A stretch of DNA of 32,000 nucleotides, from the NCBI GenBank assembly GCA_027925325.1, contig AP027133.1, positions 240,001-272,000 of the forward strand. Reading direction: 5' to 3'. Positions 21,614 to 32,000 of this stretch are shown here, piece after piece. The notes beneath the pieces were generated by a model. It ran no database searches and was not told the origin of the DNA. It saw nothing but the letters and a program-made list of their open reading frames with translations. The position numbers and the translations under genes were made by a program. The stretch is from Candidatus Saccharimonadota bacterium (GTDB taxonomy: Bacteria > Bacillota_I > Bacilli_A > Mycoplasmatales > Hepatoplasmataceae). Every line of letters begins with the position of its first letter. The first letter of the stretch is position 1.

Positions 21614-22624
21614 ATGGAAAAGAAAATTCTATTTTCTGGTTTAACATCAACTGGAAGATTAACTTTAGGGAATTATATCGGTTCTCTTAATAAACTTTTA
21701 AATTTGCAAGCAGAAAAAAATAATGAAATAGTTATTTTTGTGGCAAATTTACACGCTCTTACAATTCCGCTTAAAAGAGAACAATTGATTAGAAATGTTA
21801 AGGAAAATTTAAAATTATATCTAGCGATCGGAATTGATCCTAAAATAACAAAAATTTATTTACAATCACAGATAAAAGAAGTAAATGAGCTTTTTTATAT
21901 TTTATCGACACTGACAACGATGGGTCAACTACAAAGAATGACACAATATAAAGATAAGGCCAAAAAAGAGGCAAATTCTACTTTTAAAATCCCAACCGGA
22001 ATTTTACTTTATCCGATTTTGATGGCGGCTGATATTATTCTTTTTAATCCAGATTTTGTTATCGTTGGTGATGATCAAAAACAACATCTTGAATTTACAA
22101 GAGATTTAATTTTAAGATTGAATAATAATTATGATACGGATATTAAATTAGTAAAACCTAAAATCGCATCGATTGAAGAAGGATCAAGAATTATGGCTCT
22201 TAAAAATCCAACGCAAAAAATGTCTAAATCTGATCACAATAAAGATAATACAATTTTTTTATTGGATGATATTAAAGAAGCAAGAAGAAAAATCTTAGGA
22301 GCCTTAACAGATTCAGAAGATAAGATATATTATAATCTTTCTAAAAAACCAGGAATTTCAAATTTACTTGTAATTTATAGTGCGATTAAGAATATTCCTT
22401 TGAGTTTTGCAGAAAAAGAATTTAAAAATTTAAATGATTATCGTAAATTTAAAGAAATTGTCGCTGATACAGTTTGTGATTTGTTAACAAAAATTCAAAA
22501 AAACTATCATAATTTAGATGACGATAAATTGCAAAAAAATTTAGATTATAATCTAAAATATTTAAAAAATCGCGCAAATAAAAATTTAGATCAAATTAAA
22601 AATAAAATTGGTCTACTTTTTTAG
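21614..22624 (+). CDS. trpS: Tryptophan--tRNA ligase
   Basis: 336 aa, class I aaRS. It has an N-terminal SGLTSTGRLTLGNYIG, GDDQKQHLEFTRD and the KMSKS motif. Confidence 0.93.
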   Translation: MEKKILFSGLTSTGRLTLGNYIGSLNKLLNLQAEKNNEIVIFVANLHALTIPLKREQLIRNVKENLKLYLAIGIDPKITKIYLQSQIKEVNELFYILSTLTTMGQLQRMTQYKDKAKKEANSTFKIPTGILLYPILMAADIILFNPDFVIVGDDQKQHLEFTRDLILRLNNNYDTDIKLVKPKIASIEEGSRIMALKNPTQKMSKSDHNKDNTIFLLDDIKEARRKILGALTDSEDKIYYNLSKKPGISNLLVIYSAIKNIPLSFAEKEFKNLNDYRKFKEIVADTVCDLLTKIQKNYHNLDDDKLQKNLDYNLKYLKNRANKNLDQIKNKIGLLF

Positions 22625-22640
22625 AAAATAAAGGTGAATA

Positions 22641-23579
22641 ATGAGTAATAAAAATATCAATTATAAACAAGAGAAATATTTTATAAATCCAACAATTGTT
22701 CAAAGTCCATATTGATTAATTACGATCGATCTCGATGGAACTTTATTAAAAACACCTTCAAAAGATGATCTTTTGAAAAATATTCCTAATTATGAAATAA
22801 GTAAAAATAATCTTTCAATTTTGAAAAAATTGATCAATCAAGGACATAAAGTGGCAATCGTAACAGGGAGACCTTGAAGAGATACGGAAGAAATTTATAA
22901 AAAAATCGGTTTAAGAACCGTTGTGGCAAATTATAATGGGGCATCAATTCATAATCCAAATGATGAAGGATTTATTCCTTATACATCAGCGATGAATCGA
23001 AAATATTTTGATGGACTTTTGAATCGAACAAGTATCAAAAAATATTATAAAAATTTTGTTGTTGAATGTTATGATACAACATATATTTTAGATGCAACTG
23101 ATAAAGATTTTTTAAATAAATTTCATATCCATTATGGACCAAAAGTAATTGAAATTAGCAAAGATTTTGCTTTGCCGATAAATCCACAATCACTTATTTT
23201 TAAATTACAACCAAAGAAAAATTTTGATAAATATAGTTTACTTATTGAATTAAAAAGAAAATATGGAGAGACATTTTTATTTAGATATTGAGATACTTTA
23301 GATGGAAAGAATTTTCTTTATTTAGAAGTAAATACAAAATCTATTACAAAAGGAAGTGCATTGCAATTTATCGCTTCATATTATAATATTCCTATTTCAA
23401 ATACGATTGCTTTTGGTGATGGCGAAAATGATTTAGAAATGCTTGAAGCAGCAAGTGTCGGTGTAGCGATGAAAAATGCAAGTGATCTTGTAAAATCACA
23501 TGCAAAAGATGTGACAAATTTAACAAATGATGAAGGTGGAGTGGGAGATTATTTACAAAGTTTTTTTAAACTTAAATAA
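22641..23579 (+). CDS. Cof-type HAD-IIB family phosphatase
   Basis: 312 aa in frame 3, joined through TGA codons. It has the HAD motifs IDLDGTLL, VTGRPW and GDGENDLEM. AAAGGTG lies upstream of the ATG. Confidence 0.85.
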
Positions 23580-23590
23580 AAGGAGTTTAG

Positions 23591-24706
23591 ATGAAAAAAA
23601 ATACACAAAAAGAAATTAAAATAAAAATAAATAAAAATCTTATTAAGAATGCAATTAAATTATCAAATTTAAATGGAATTTCTTCTCGTGAAGAAGATAT
23701 TGCAACTTATCTTAAATCAGAATTAAAAAGTATTTCAAATTTAAAAATTGAGCGCGATGGATTAGGATCAATTGCTTTTATTAAAAAGGGGAAAAAAGAT
23801 GGTCCAATTATTTCATTTACAACACATATGGATGAAGTTGGATTCATGATTACTAATATTTCAAAAGATGGATTCATAAGTTTTTCACCAATAGGTGGTT
23901 GATGAAGTCATGTGATATTAGCGCAATTATTGCGAATAATCACAGAAGAAAATAAAAGTGTTATCGGTGTTGTCGGTTCAAAACCACCTCATTTATTGAC
24001 GAGAGAAGAAGCACAGAAGGTTTTATCAATAAAAAGCTTATTTATCGATGTCGGTGCTAAAAGTAAAGAAGAAGTTCTTAAATTAGGAATTAATATCGGT
24101 GATCAAGTTGTTCCCTATCAAAATGATGTCCATAAGATATTGAATAATCGTCTTATTGGGAAAGCTTTTGATAATCGTATTTCTGTTGCAACGGGAATTG
24201 AAATTATGCAACAAATTGCAACGAAAGAACTAGATGCAACGGTTATCTTTGTCTGCTCATCACAAGAAGAAGTTGGACTTAGAGGGGCAAAAACAAGTTC
24301 TTATAAATGAACCCCTGATATTGCTTTTGCAATCGATGTAACAATCGCAAATGATACTCCTGGACTTATTGCAAATGATACAAAATTAGGTTCAGGTCCG
24401 GCTTTATCTTTATTTGATAGTTCAATTTTAGCAAATCCTAATTTATTTAAAAAGATAAAACAAATTGCGGAAAAAAATAAAATTAATTATACGATTGATT
24501 CTCTTACAGGCGGAGGAACCGATGCCGGAACGATTCATCTTACTAAGAACGGAGTTGTTACGATGACAATTTCAATTCCTTCTCGCTACATGCATTCCCA
24601 TAATTCGATTATTGATTTAAAAGATGCACAATTAACAGCTAATTTAGTCGTTAAAATTTTAGATGAATTAAATACAGATTCAATAAATGAAATAAAATAT
24701 AAGTAG
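23591..24706 (+). CDS. M42 family (glutamyl/cellulase-like) aminopeptidase
   Basis: 371 aa in frame 2. Motifs seen: THMDEVGF, PIGGWW (two consecutive TGA codons), GKAFDNR, SQEEVGLRGA, GGGTDAG and SRYMHS. AAGGAG lies upstream. Confidence 0.88.
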
Positions 24707-24737
24707 TATTTACTAATAAAGCTAATTATAATAAATT

Positions 24738-24768
24738 AAAAAAAAGTCTTGTTTTAAGACTTTTTTAA
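24738..24768. terminator. Bidirectional rho-independent terminator between convergent genes
   Basis: AAAAGTCTT (24742..24750) and AAGACTTTT (24756..24764) form a 9-bp stem with a 5-nt loop. An A run flanks it upstream and a T run downstream. It sits between stop 24706 (+) and stop 24777 (-). Confidence 0.7.
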
Positions 24769-24776
24769 TATTATTT

Positions 24777-27701
24777 TTATTTTTTTTCAAATGCATTTGG
24801 ATCATCTAACATTTTAGATATTTCTTTTGTTTTCTTTTTCATTCTAAGATCAACAAATAATAAAACTAATATTAAAATAATTAATATTATCAATATTACC
24901 ATTATTAAATATATTATATTTTTCGTTGTATTATTATTATCAGTCTTTATTATTCCATTCTCAGAAATATCTAATGAATCATCTTCGATTGAATTGGTAA
25001 AACTTAAACTAGTAAAATTATAGGTAGTATTAGCTTTAAGATTATTAACTTCAAAACTAAATTGATATTGCATAGTTCCATTTTCTTGATTCTCACTTAA
25101 TTTAATAGCACTTCCTTCGATATAATTTGAATTATAACTATCGTTATCATTATCGATTAAATATAACCCATCTTCTAAATTGAAATTTTCAAATACTGGA
25201 TTTTGTTCATTATCATCTAATAAAATTAAATTATCGATTGCTACGGTATAAGTAAATGAATTTTTTGTAATTGAGGATTGATCAATAATGAAACTATCAT
25301 TCACAAAATTTTTATCAATTATAGTAGTTTCAATGATAAATGGATTAGAAAAATTAATAACATCATCATTTGAAATATTAGGATCAATAATACTTAAACC
25401 AATAAATTGATAAGTTTGTCCCGTTATAAGATTATCTTGTAAAAATGTTAATTGATAATTTTGTGTTCCGTTTATTGAACCATTTGAAATTATTTTTGCA
25501 TCAATAAATGTTGAATGATAGTAATTATTATCTTGATCAATAAGTCAAATTCCTTCATTTACATCATATTGTGTAAAATTTGTTTTATCAGAATTTGTTT
25601 TTAAATTATCAATTTCAAGTGTATATTGAAATTCACTTGTTTGTAAAGAATTATCAACTAATGAAATTGTATCTGCTTTTATTTCAGGTACGGCTGCTTC
25701 TGTTATAAATTTTGTTGGATCTTGATTAACTTCATATTTGTATTGATTATCATCATAAAAATATTGAACGATATCTATTTGATAATTTGTTTCTGCATTT
25801 AAATTTGTTAATTCAAATTGATAATTATCATCAATAAAAAATTCTTTAGAATTAGAAATATTATTATCAAGATCAGTGTAATTAATTTTTATTTTCCTTT
25901 GATCATTTGTGTAACCATTGATATCAAAATTATTGCTATTTTGATCTAAATTTAAAGCAAAAGTAGCTGTCTCTTCCGTAGCCGAAACAAAATTATAACT
26001 AGAAATTAAATAATCTATTGTAATTTCTTGTTGATTTAATTCAAATTCATTTCCATTAATTATTATTTTAGTAAAATCATAACTTTGACCATACATAATA
26101 TCATTTATTTGATAATAATATTGATCACTTTCAATATTTGATTTATCATTAATAAATGTTGTTGTATAATTGTCATTATTTTGATCAACTAATGTTATTA
26201 TTGGTTCTTGATTTAAAATATTTTTATAATCATTTAAAATAATATTAAATTCAATCTTATTTCCTTGTTGATAATAAAATTCTATTTCATTAATCAAAAA
26301 ATCAAAAGAAGAATCAATTATCGTTGGAACATGTTTATCAACTGTACTATTATCGCCAAGTTGTCCATCGGCATTATATCCTCACATATACAAGGTATCA
26401 GCATATCCATCTAAATCTTTATCAATTGTAACACCACTATGATATCCACCTAAACTTAAATCAATAATATCTGCATTTCAATCACTTTGCCCTTGTGGTA
26501 TTATTTTTATCGGAATATCCTTATTATTTGTACTATTATCGCCAATTTGACCATAATTATTTCTTCCTCACATATACAAGATATCGGCATATCCATCTAA
26601 ATCAATATCAATTGTAACTCCGCTATGATAGTATCCTAAACTTAAATCAATAATGTTTCCGTTTCAATCACTTTGATTTTGTGGTGTTATTTTTGTTGGA
26701 ATAAGTTTATTATTTGTACTATTATCACCAATTTGGCCACTACCATTATATCCTCACATATACAAGGTATCGGCATATCCATTTAAATCAGTATCAATTG
26801 TAGCGCCACTATGATCTGAACCTAAACTTAAATCAATAATGTTTCCGCCTCAATCACTTTGATTTTGTGGTGTTATTTTTGTTGGAATAAGTTTATTATT
26901 TGTACTATTATCACCAATTTCTCCACTACTATTAGCTCCTCACATATATAATGTATCGGCATATCCATCTAAATCTTCATCGATTGTTAAACCACTATGA
27001 TCTGTTCCTAAATTTAAATCAATAATGTTTCCGCCTCAGTTTGTTTGTTCAGAAGGAGTTATTTTTTTTGGGACATATCTAGGACTTCTAGTATTATCGC
27101 CTATTTGTCCATTACTATTATCACCTCACATATAAAGTGTATCAGCATATCCATCTAAATCCGTATCAATTGTAACTCCACTATGAGTTGAACCTAAATC
27201 TAAATCAATAATGTTTCCGCCTCAATCACTCTGTCCTTGTGGTGTTATTTTTGTTGGAATATATTTATGATCTGCTATACTGCCATCACCAATTTGGCCA
27301 AAAGTATCATTTCCTCACATATACAAGGTATCGGCATATCCATCTAAATCTGTATCAACTGTAGCACCACTACCATAATCGCCTAAACTTAAATCAATAA
27401 TGTTTCCGCCTCAATCTTCTTGCTCAGCAGGAATTATCTCTATTGGTACATATTTATCTTCTGTACTATTATCACCAATTCCTCCATAATCATTAGCTCC
27501 TCACATATAGAGACTATCAGCAGCTTTATCTGAATTAGTGTCAACTGTAGCACCACTAGCATTTCCACCTAAACTTAAATTAATAATATTATCATTTTGA
27601 TTTAAATTTAAATCTTTTTCTTTTTTATTAAAAAAAGAATTAAATGAATTAAATTCTATTAATATTAGTGGAATTAAAAATGCAATAAATAATTTTTTCA
27701 T
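24777..27701 (-). CDS. 974-aa surface protein: signal peptide, seven-bladed RCC1-like beta-propeller with DxDxDG loops, four FN3/Ig-like stalk modules, C-terminal TM anchor
   Basis: ORFs 27501..27701, 25545..26297 and 24777..25304 share one frame (2925 nt = 975 codons). The gaps translate cleanly when TGA = Trp. The sequence (Y)MWGxNxxGQIGDNS recurs 7 times. The TM helix is IIYLIMVILIILIILILVLLFV, followed by a basic tail. Confidence 0.88.
26320..27587 (-). repeat. Seven tandem units of about 186 nt (62 aa) encoding the RCC1-like blades
   Basis: Consensus: IIDLSLGxxHSG(V/A)TIDTDLDGYADTLYMWGxNxxGQIGDNSTxxKxIPTKITPQxQSDWGGN. Both Trp residues in each blade are TGA, seen as 'cctca' on the + strand about every 186 nt. 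Confidence 0.88.
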
Positions 27702-27763
27702 ATTACAAAAATTATATTAAAATTACCAAATTTAACATAAATATTAATTTTAAATAATAAAAT

Positions 27764-30698
27764 TTAATTATTTTTGCTCTCTTTTTTAAGTTGATTAGGA
27801 TCATCCAATATTTTAGATATTTTTTTTGTTTTCTTTTTCATTCTGATATCAAAAAATAATAAAGTTAATATTAATATTATTAATATTATTAAAATTATCA
27901 ATATTAAATAGACTATATTTTTTGTTGTATTATTATTATCAGTTTTTATCGTTCCATTTTCAGAAATATCTAATGAATCATCTTCGATTGAATCGGTAAA
28001 ACTTAAATTAGTAAAATTATAGGTAGTATTAGCTTTAAGATTATTAACTTCAAAACTAAATTGATATTGCATAGTTCCACTTTCTTGATTCTCACTTAAT
28101 TTAATAGCACTTCCTTCGATATAATTTGAATTATAAATATCATTATTATCAATTAGATATAATTCATCTTCTAAATTAAAATTTTCAAATATTGGATTTT
28201 TTTCATCTTCATTTACTAAAATTAAATTATCGATTGATACGGTGTAAATAAATGAATTTTTTGTAATAGAAGATTGATCAACAATAAAACTATCAGTAAC
28301 AAAATTTTTATCAATTGTAGTAGTTTCAATAATAAATGGATCAGAAAAATTAATAACATCATCTAATGATGTATTTGGATCAGTAATACTTATTCCAATA
28401 AATTGATAAGTTTGTCCACTCACAAGATCATCTTGCAAAAATGTTAATTGATAATTTCGTGTTCCATTTATCGTTCCATTTGAAATTATTTTTGCATCAA
28501 TAAAAGTTGAATGATAATAATTATTATCTTGATCAATAAGTCAAATTCCTTCATTTACATCATATTGTGTAAAATTTGTTCTATCAGAATTTGTTTTTAA
28601 ATTATCAATTTCAAGTGTATATTGAAATTCACTTGTTTGTAAAGAATTATCAACTAATGAAATTGTATCCGCTTTTATTTCAGGTACGGCTGCTTCTGTT
28701 TTAAAAACAACTATATTTTGCTCAATTGTGTATTTATAATTTCCATTTTCATAAAAATAATTAATAGAATCAATTTTATAATTTGTTTCTGCATTTAAAT
28801 TTGCTAATTCAACTTGATAATTATTATCAATAATAAATTGCTGAGAATCAGAAATATTATTGTCAATATTTGTATAATTTAATTCTATTTTTCTTTGATC
28901 ATCTGTGTAATTATTAATATCAAAATTATTACCATTTTGATCTAGATTTAAAGAAATGATAGCTGTTTCTTCGGTAGAGGAAACAAAATTATAACTAGAA
29001 ATTAAATAATCTGTTGTAATTTCTTGTTGATTTAATTCAAATTCATTTCCATTAATTATTATTTTAGTAAAATTATAACTTTGACCATGCATAATATCAT
29101 TTATTTGATAATAATATTGATCACTTTCAATATTTGATTTATCATTAATAAATGTTGTTGTATAACTATCATTATTTTGATCGATTAATGTTATTGTTGG
29201 TCCTTGATTTAAAATGTTTTGATAATCATCTAAAATAACACTAAATTCAATTTTATTTTCTTGTTGATAATAAAATTCTATTTCATCAATAAAAAAAGCA
29301 AATGAAGAATCAATCAATTTTGGAACATATTTGTTGATTGTACTATTATCACCAATTTGACCATGTTCATTATATCCTCACATATATAAAGTATCGGCAT
29401 ATCCATTTAAATCAGTATCAATTGTAGCGCCACTATGATCTGAACCTAAACTTAAATCAATAATGTTTCCGCCTCAATCTGCTTGTCCAATTAAAGTTAT
29501 CTCTGTTGGAACATTATCATTACTTATATTAATGGAACCAAGTTGTCCTTCACTATTGTCTCCTCACATATACAAAGTATTAGCATATCCATCCAAATCA
29601 GTATCAACAGTAACACCACTCACTATGATATTTGCCCAAGTTTAAATCAATAATACTACCAGCTCAATCATCTTGCTCAACAGGCTTTATTTCTATTGGG
29701 ATAATTTTTTCTTCTGTACTATTATCGCCAATTTGACCATAATTATTTCTTCCTCACATATACAAGATATCGGCATATCCATCTAAATCAGTATCAATTG
29801 TAACTCCGCTATGATAGTATCCTAAACTTAAATCAATAATGTTTCCTCCTCAATCATTTTTTCCTTCTGGAGTTATTTCTGTTGGCACATATTTATCTTC
29901 TGTACTATTATCACCAATTTGTCCATCACTATTATCCCCTCACATATATAATGTATCGGCATATCCATCTAAATTTTCATCGACTGTAATGCCGCTATGA
30001 TATTCACCTAAACTTAAATCGACAATATTTCCGCCTCAATCACTCTGATTTTGTGGTGTTATTTTAGTTGGAACATATTTATCTTCCTCACTATTATCAC
30101 CGATTTGGCCATAATAATTAGATCCTCACATATATAATGTATCGGCATATCCATCTAAATCCGTATCAATTTCAACTCCGCTATGATAGTATCCTAAATT
30201 CAAATTAATAATATTGCCACCTCAATCACTCTGTCCTTGTGGTGTTATTTTTGTTGGAACATATTTATCAATTGTACTATTATCACCAATCTGCCCACTA
30301 AAATTATTCCCTCAAATATACAAGGTATCGGCATATCCATCTAAATCAGTATCAATTGTAACTCCATTATCATTTCCACCCGAATCTAAATCAATAATTT
30401 TTCCGCCTCAATCATTTTGTCCTTCTGGAGTTATCTCTGTTGGTACATATTTATCTTCTGTACTATTATCACCAATTTGCCCATATTGATTATCTCCTCA
30501 CATATACAAGGTATCTGCATTTTTATCTGAATCTATGTCAATAATAGCGCCACTATCATCCCCACCTAAATCTAAATTAATAATATTATCATTTTGATTT
30601 AAATTTAAATTTTTTTCTTTCTTTATTAAAATGGAATCAAAAGTATTAAATTTTATTAACATTAATGGAATTAAAAAAACGATCAAGAATTTTTTCAT
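27764..30698 (-). pseudogene. Tandem paralog of 24777..27701, disrupted by a 4-bp duplication (frameshift) in blade 6
   Basis: The length of 2935 nt is not divisible by 3. The N-terminal ORF 30498..30698 is out of frame with 28541..29317 and 27764..28438. + strand 29617..29624 reads CACTCACT where every other blade has a single CACT (...aacaccactatgat...). Removing 4 nt restores HSGVTVDTDLDGYANTLYMWG and a 976-aa reading frame. Confidence 0.8.
29340..30584 (-). repeat. Seven ~186-nt RCC1-like blade repeats of the second paralog
   Basis: The period and consensus match those of 26320..27587. One blade has YIWG instead of YMWG (30312..30320). Confidence 0.85.
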
Positions 30699-30832
30699 AA
30701 TAGAAAAATTATATTCGAATTTATTTTTTTATTTAAACTATATTTTGTTTTTTCAAATTAAAAATAAATTTAATTTAAAAAATAAAATTAATGATATAAA
30801 TATATATAGGAGTTTAATTTTATTTAAATTTT

Positions 30833-31525
30833 ATGTTCAAAAGTAGGTTTTTTTCTTTATTTTTTAGCTTTGTGATCTTTTTTTCATTATTTGGATTTGT
30901 TGATACAAAGAAAATAAAAAATGATAGTTTTTTAAAATATCAAAATCAAGCTGAATTTTTGGTTAGCGCTAATGCTAAAGAAAATATTTATACAGCAAAT
31001 GTTAATAGTGTAGGTAGGGATAGTATTAAATTTACAGTTTATGATATTCCCAGTGAATTTATTCCAAGTGATTTAACAGGTGAAGTTATTTATGCTTTTT
31101 CATTAGATCAAAATGCTAGTGATTCTGCTGATTTTCCAAATAATACAAATATAAAAGTAGATGAGGTAATTTTAGATAGTAATGATCAAACATATGATTT
31201 TGTTTTTACTGTTTCTGATTTAGATTCAAGTACAACTTATGAAATTTATTCTATTTATGGATGATATGCAGATAGCAATAATCCAAATGATTGAATTCCA
31301 TTCAGTGATGGTGATGGAAATAATGAAATTCAACTTGTGAACGAAAGTGGTGAAGCAGGGATTAGCGGAACTACCAAAATAGGATCAGGATATTTTTACG
31401 GAATTATTGCAATTTCTATTGTTGTCTTTATTTTACTTATTTTAATTATTGTTTTATTCTTAGTAAGATTTAAGGATTATCGTAAAACAAAAGAAAAATA
31501 CGATTTATTAAATAAAGAGTTATAA
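30833..31525 (+). CDS. 230-aa tail-anchored surface protein: signal-like N-terminus, one FN3-like module, C-terminal TM helix
   Basis: ORFs 30833..31264 and 31337..31525 are in frame and joined through two TGA codons (...IYSIYGWYADSNNPNDWIPFSDG...). The N-terminus is MFKSRFFSLFFSFVIFFSLFGFV. The module motif YDFVFTVSDLDSSTTYEIYSI resembles the stalk modules of the propeller proteins. The TM helix is YFYGIIAISIVVFILLILIIVLFLV. Confidence 0.8.
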
Positions 31526-31570
31526 AAAAATTTAAATTAATCTTTTTTATTATTGAGTATAATCTATAAA

Positions 31571-32000
31571 ATGAAACAGCAACAATTAAATTTAAATTTA
31601 ATTACAAAGTCTTCTTTTAATTTTTTTACATCACTTTTGAAATTAGAAGATATTATTAATTTTTCTTTAGAAAATAATTATCAAAATGCTTGTTTAGTTG
31701 AAAAAGATACAATGTATCTTATTTATCCTTTTATTAAAGATTGCGTTAAAAATAATTTAAAACCAATAATAGGTCTTGAAGTAAGTTCATTAAATGTTAT
31801 TTTTTTCGCTAAAAATTTATCAGGATATTATAAATTAGTAAAAATTTCTTCTATTATTAATACTCAAAGTAATTTTGATATTAAAAAATATCTCAATGAA
31901 GATGATTTGATAATTTTATCGGATTATAATAATTTACCACAACATCTTTTTAAAAAAAATAATCAACTTGAATCATTAGAAATTTTTGCAAAAATAGGAA
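31571..32000 (+). CDS. dnaE: DNA polymerase III alpha subunit (DnaE-type), 5' part only; continues beyond the window
   Basis: The N-terminus MKQQQLNLNLITKSSFNFFTSLLKLEDIINFSLENNYQNACLVEKDTMYLIYPFIKDCVKNNLKPIIGLEV...FFAKNLSGYYKLVKISS follows the degenerate PHP-domain pattern of mollicute DnaE (L-x-x-x-S-x-(Y/F)-x-(F/L), ...KPIIGLE..., AKN..GY..L.K..S). Confidence 0.7.
   Translation, partial: MKQQQLNLNLITKSSFNFFTSLLKLEDIINFSLENNYQNACLVEKDTMYLIYPFIKDCVKNNLKPIIGLEVSSLNVIFFAKNLSGYYKLVKISSIINTQSNFDIKKYLNEDDLIILSDYNNLPQHLFKKNNQLESLEIFAKIG

Larger units (their letters stand above)
24777..30698 (-). repeat. Head-to-tail tandem gene duplication of about 3.0 kb (two propeller-protein genes)
   Basis: Start codons at 27701 and 30698 are 2997 nt apart, and stops at 24777 and 27764 are 2987 nt apart. 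The two copies are collinear throughout. Some stretches are almost identical (for example 25561..25700 vs 28553..28692) and others are clearly diverged. Confidence 0.9.

Noticed and set aside
26320-27587. Calling the blades FG-GAP/integrin-alpha repeats because of the DxDxDG motif
   Set aside because: The strongest signature, WGxNxxGQ(I/L)GD plus GxxHS with seven units, is RCC1-like, and no FG...GAP consensus is visible. The DxDxDG loop is reported as an insertion within RCC1-like blades. A profile search is needed to decide.
29463-30846. Plus-strand ORFs 29463..29645, 30214..30489 and 30631..30846
   Set aside because: The first two are antisense shadows of the RCC1-like blade repeats, and their Pro/Ser/Cys-rich periodic products mirror the sense repeat. 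The third spans the N-terminus of the minus-strand gene and A+T-rich intergenic DNA with no coding signal.

Overview
Very A+T-rich bacterial DNA that only makes sense under translation table 4 (TGA = Trp), so it is Mollicutes-like. The supplied ORF track treats TGA as a stop, which splits most genes into pieces. Re-joining the in-frame pieces by eye gives 16 CDS and 2 pseudogenes. Layout: (i) 1-10025 holds a same-strand tandem family of fibre-like repeat proteins: a partial gene, a 2107-aa giant, a 740-aa version and a decayed gene fossil. They combine about 40-46-aa 'LE(N/G)GxTQxEVNxNNK' repeats, Cys knots and C-terminal ~94-aa Ig-like modules that resemble SprB-type repeats. None has a signal peptide or TM segment. 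(ii) 10196-24706 is a housekeeping block: ileS, an APC-type permease, one large tail-anchored surface protein, rsmE, obg, def, rnj, trpS, a Cof-type HAD phosphatase and an M42 aminopeptidase. (iii) 24777-31525 holds a ~3-kb tandem duplication of minus-strand surface proteins (signal peptide, seven RCC1-like blades with DxDxDG loops, FN3-like stalk, C-terminal TM anchor). The second copy is broken by a 4-bp CACT duplication. A small related tail-anchored protein follows. (iv) The 5' end of dnaE closes the window. I recognised no rRNA, tRNA, CRISPR array or IS element. The two best candidates for undescribed biology are the fibre-protein family and the RCC1-propeller adhesin-like pair. All homology statements come from motif recognition by eye, with no database search, and repeat boundaries are approximate.
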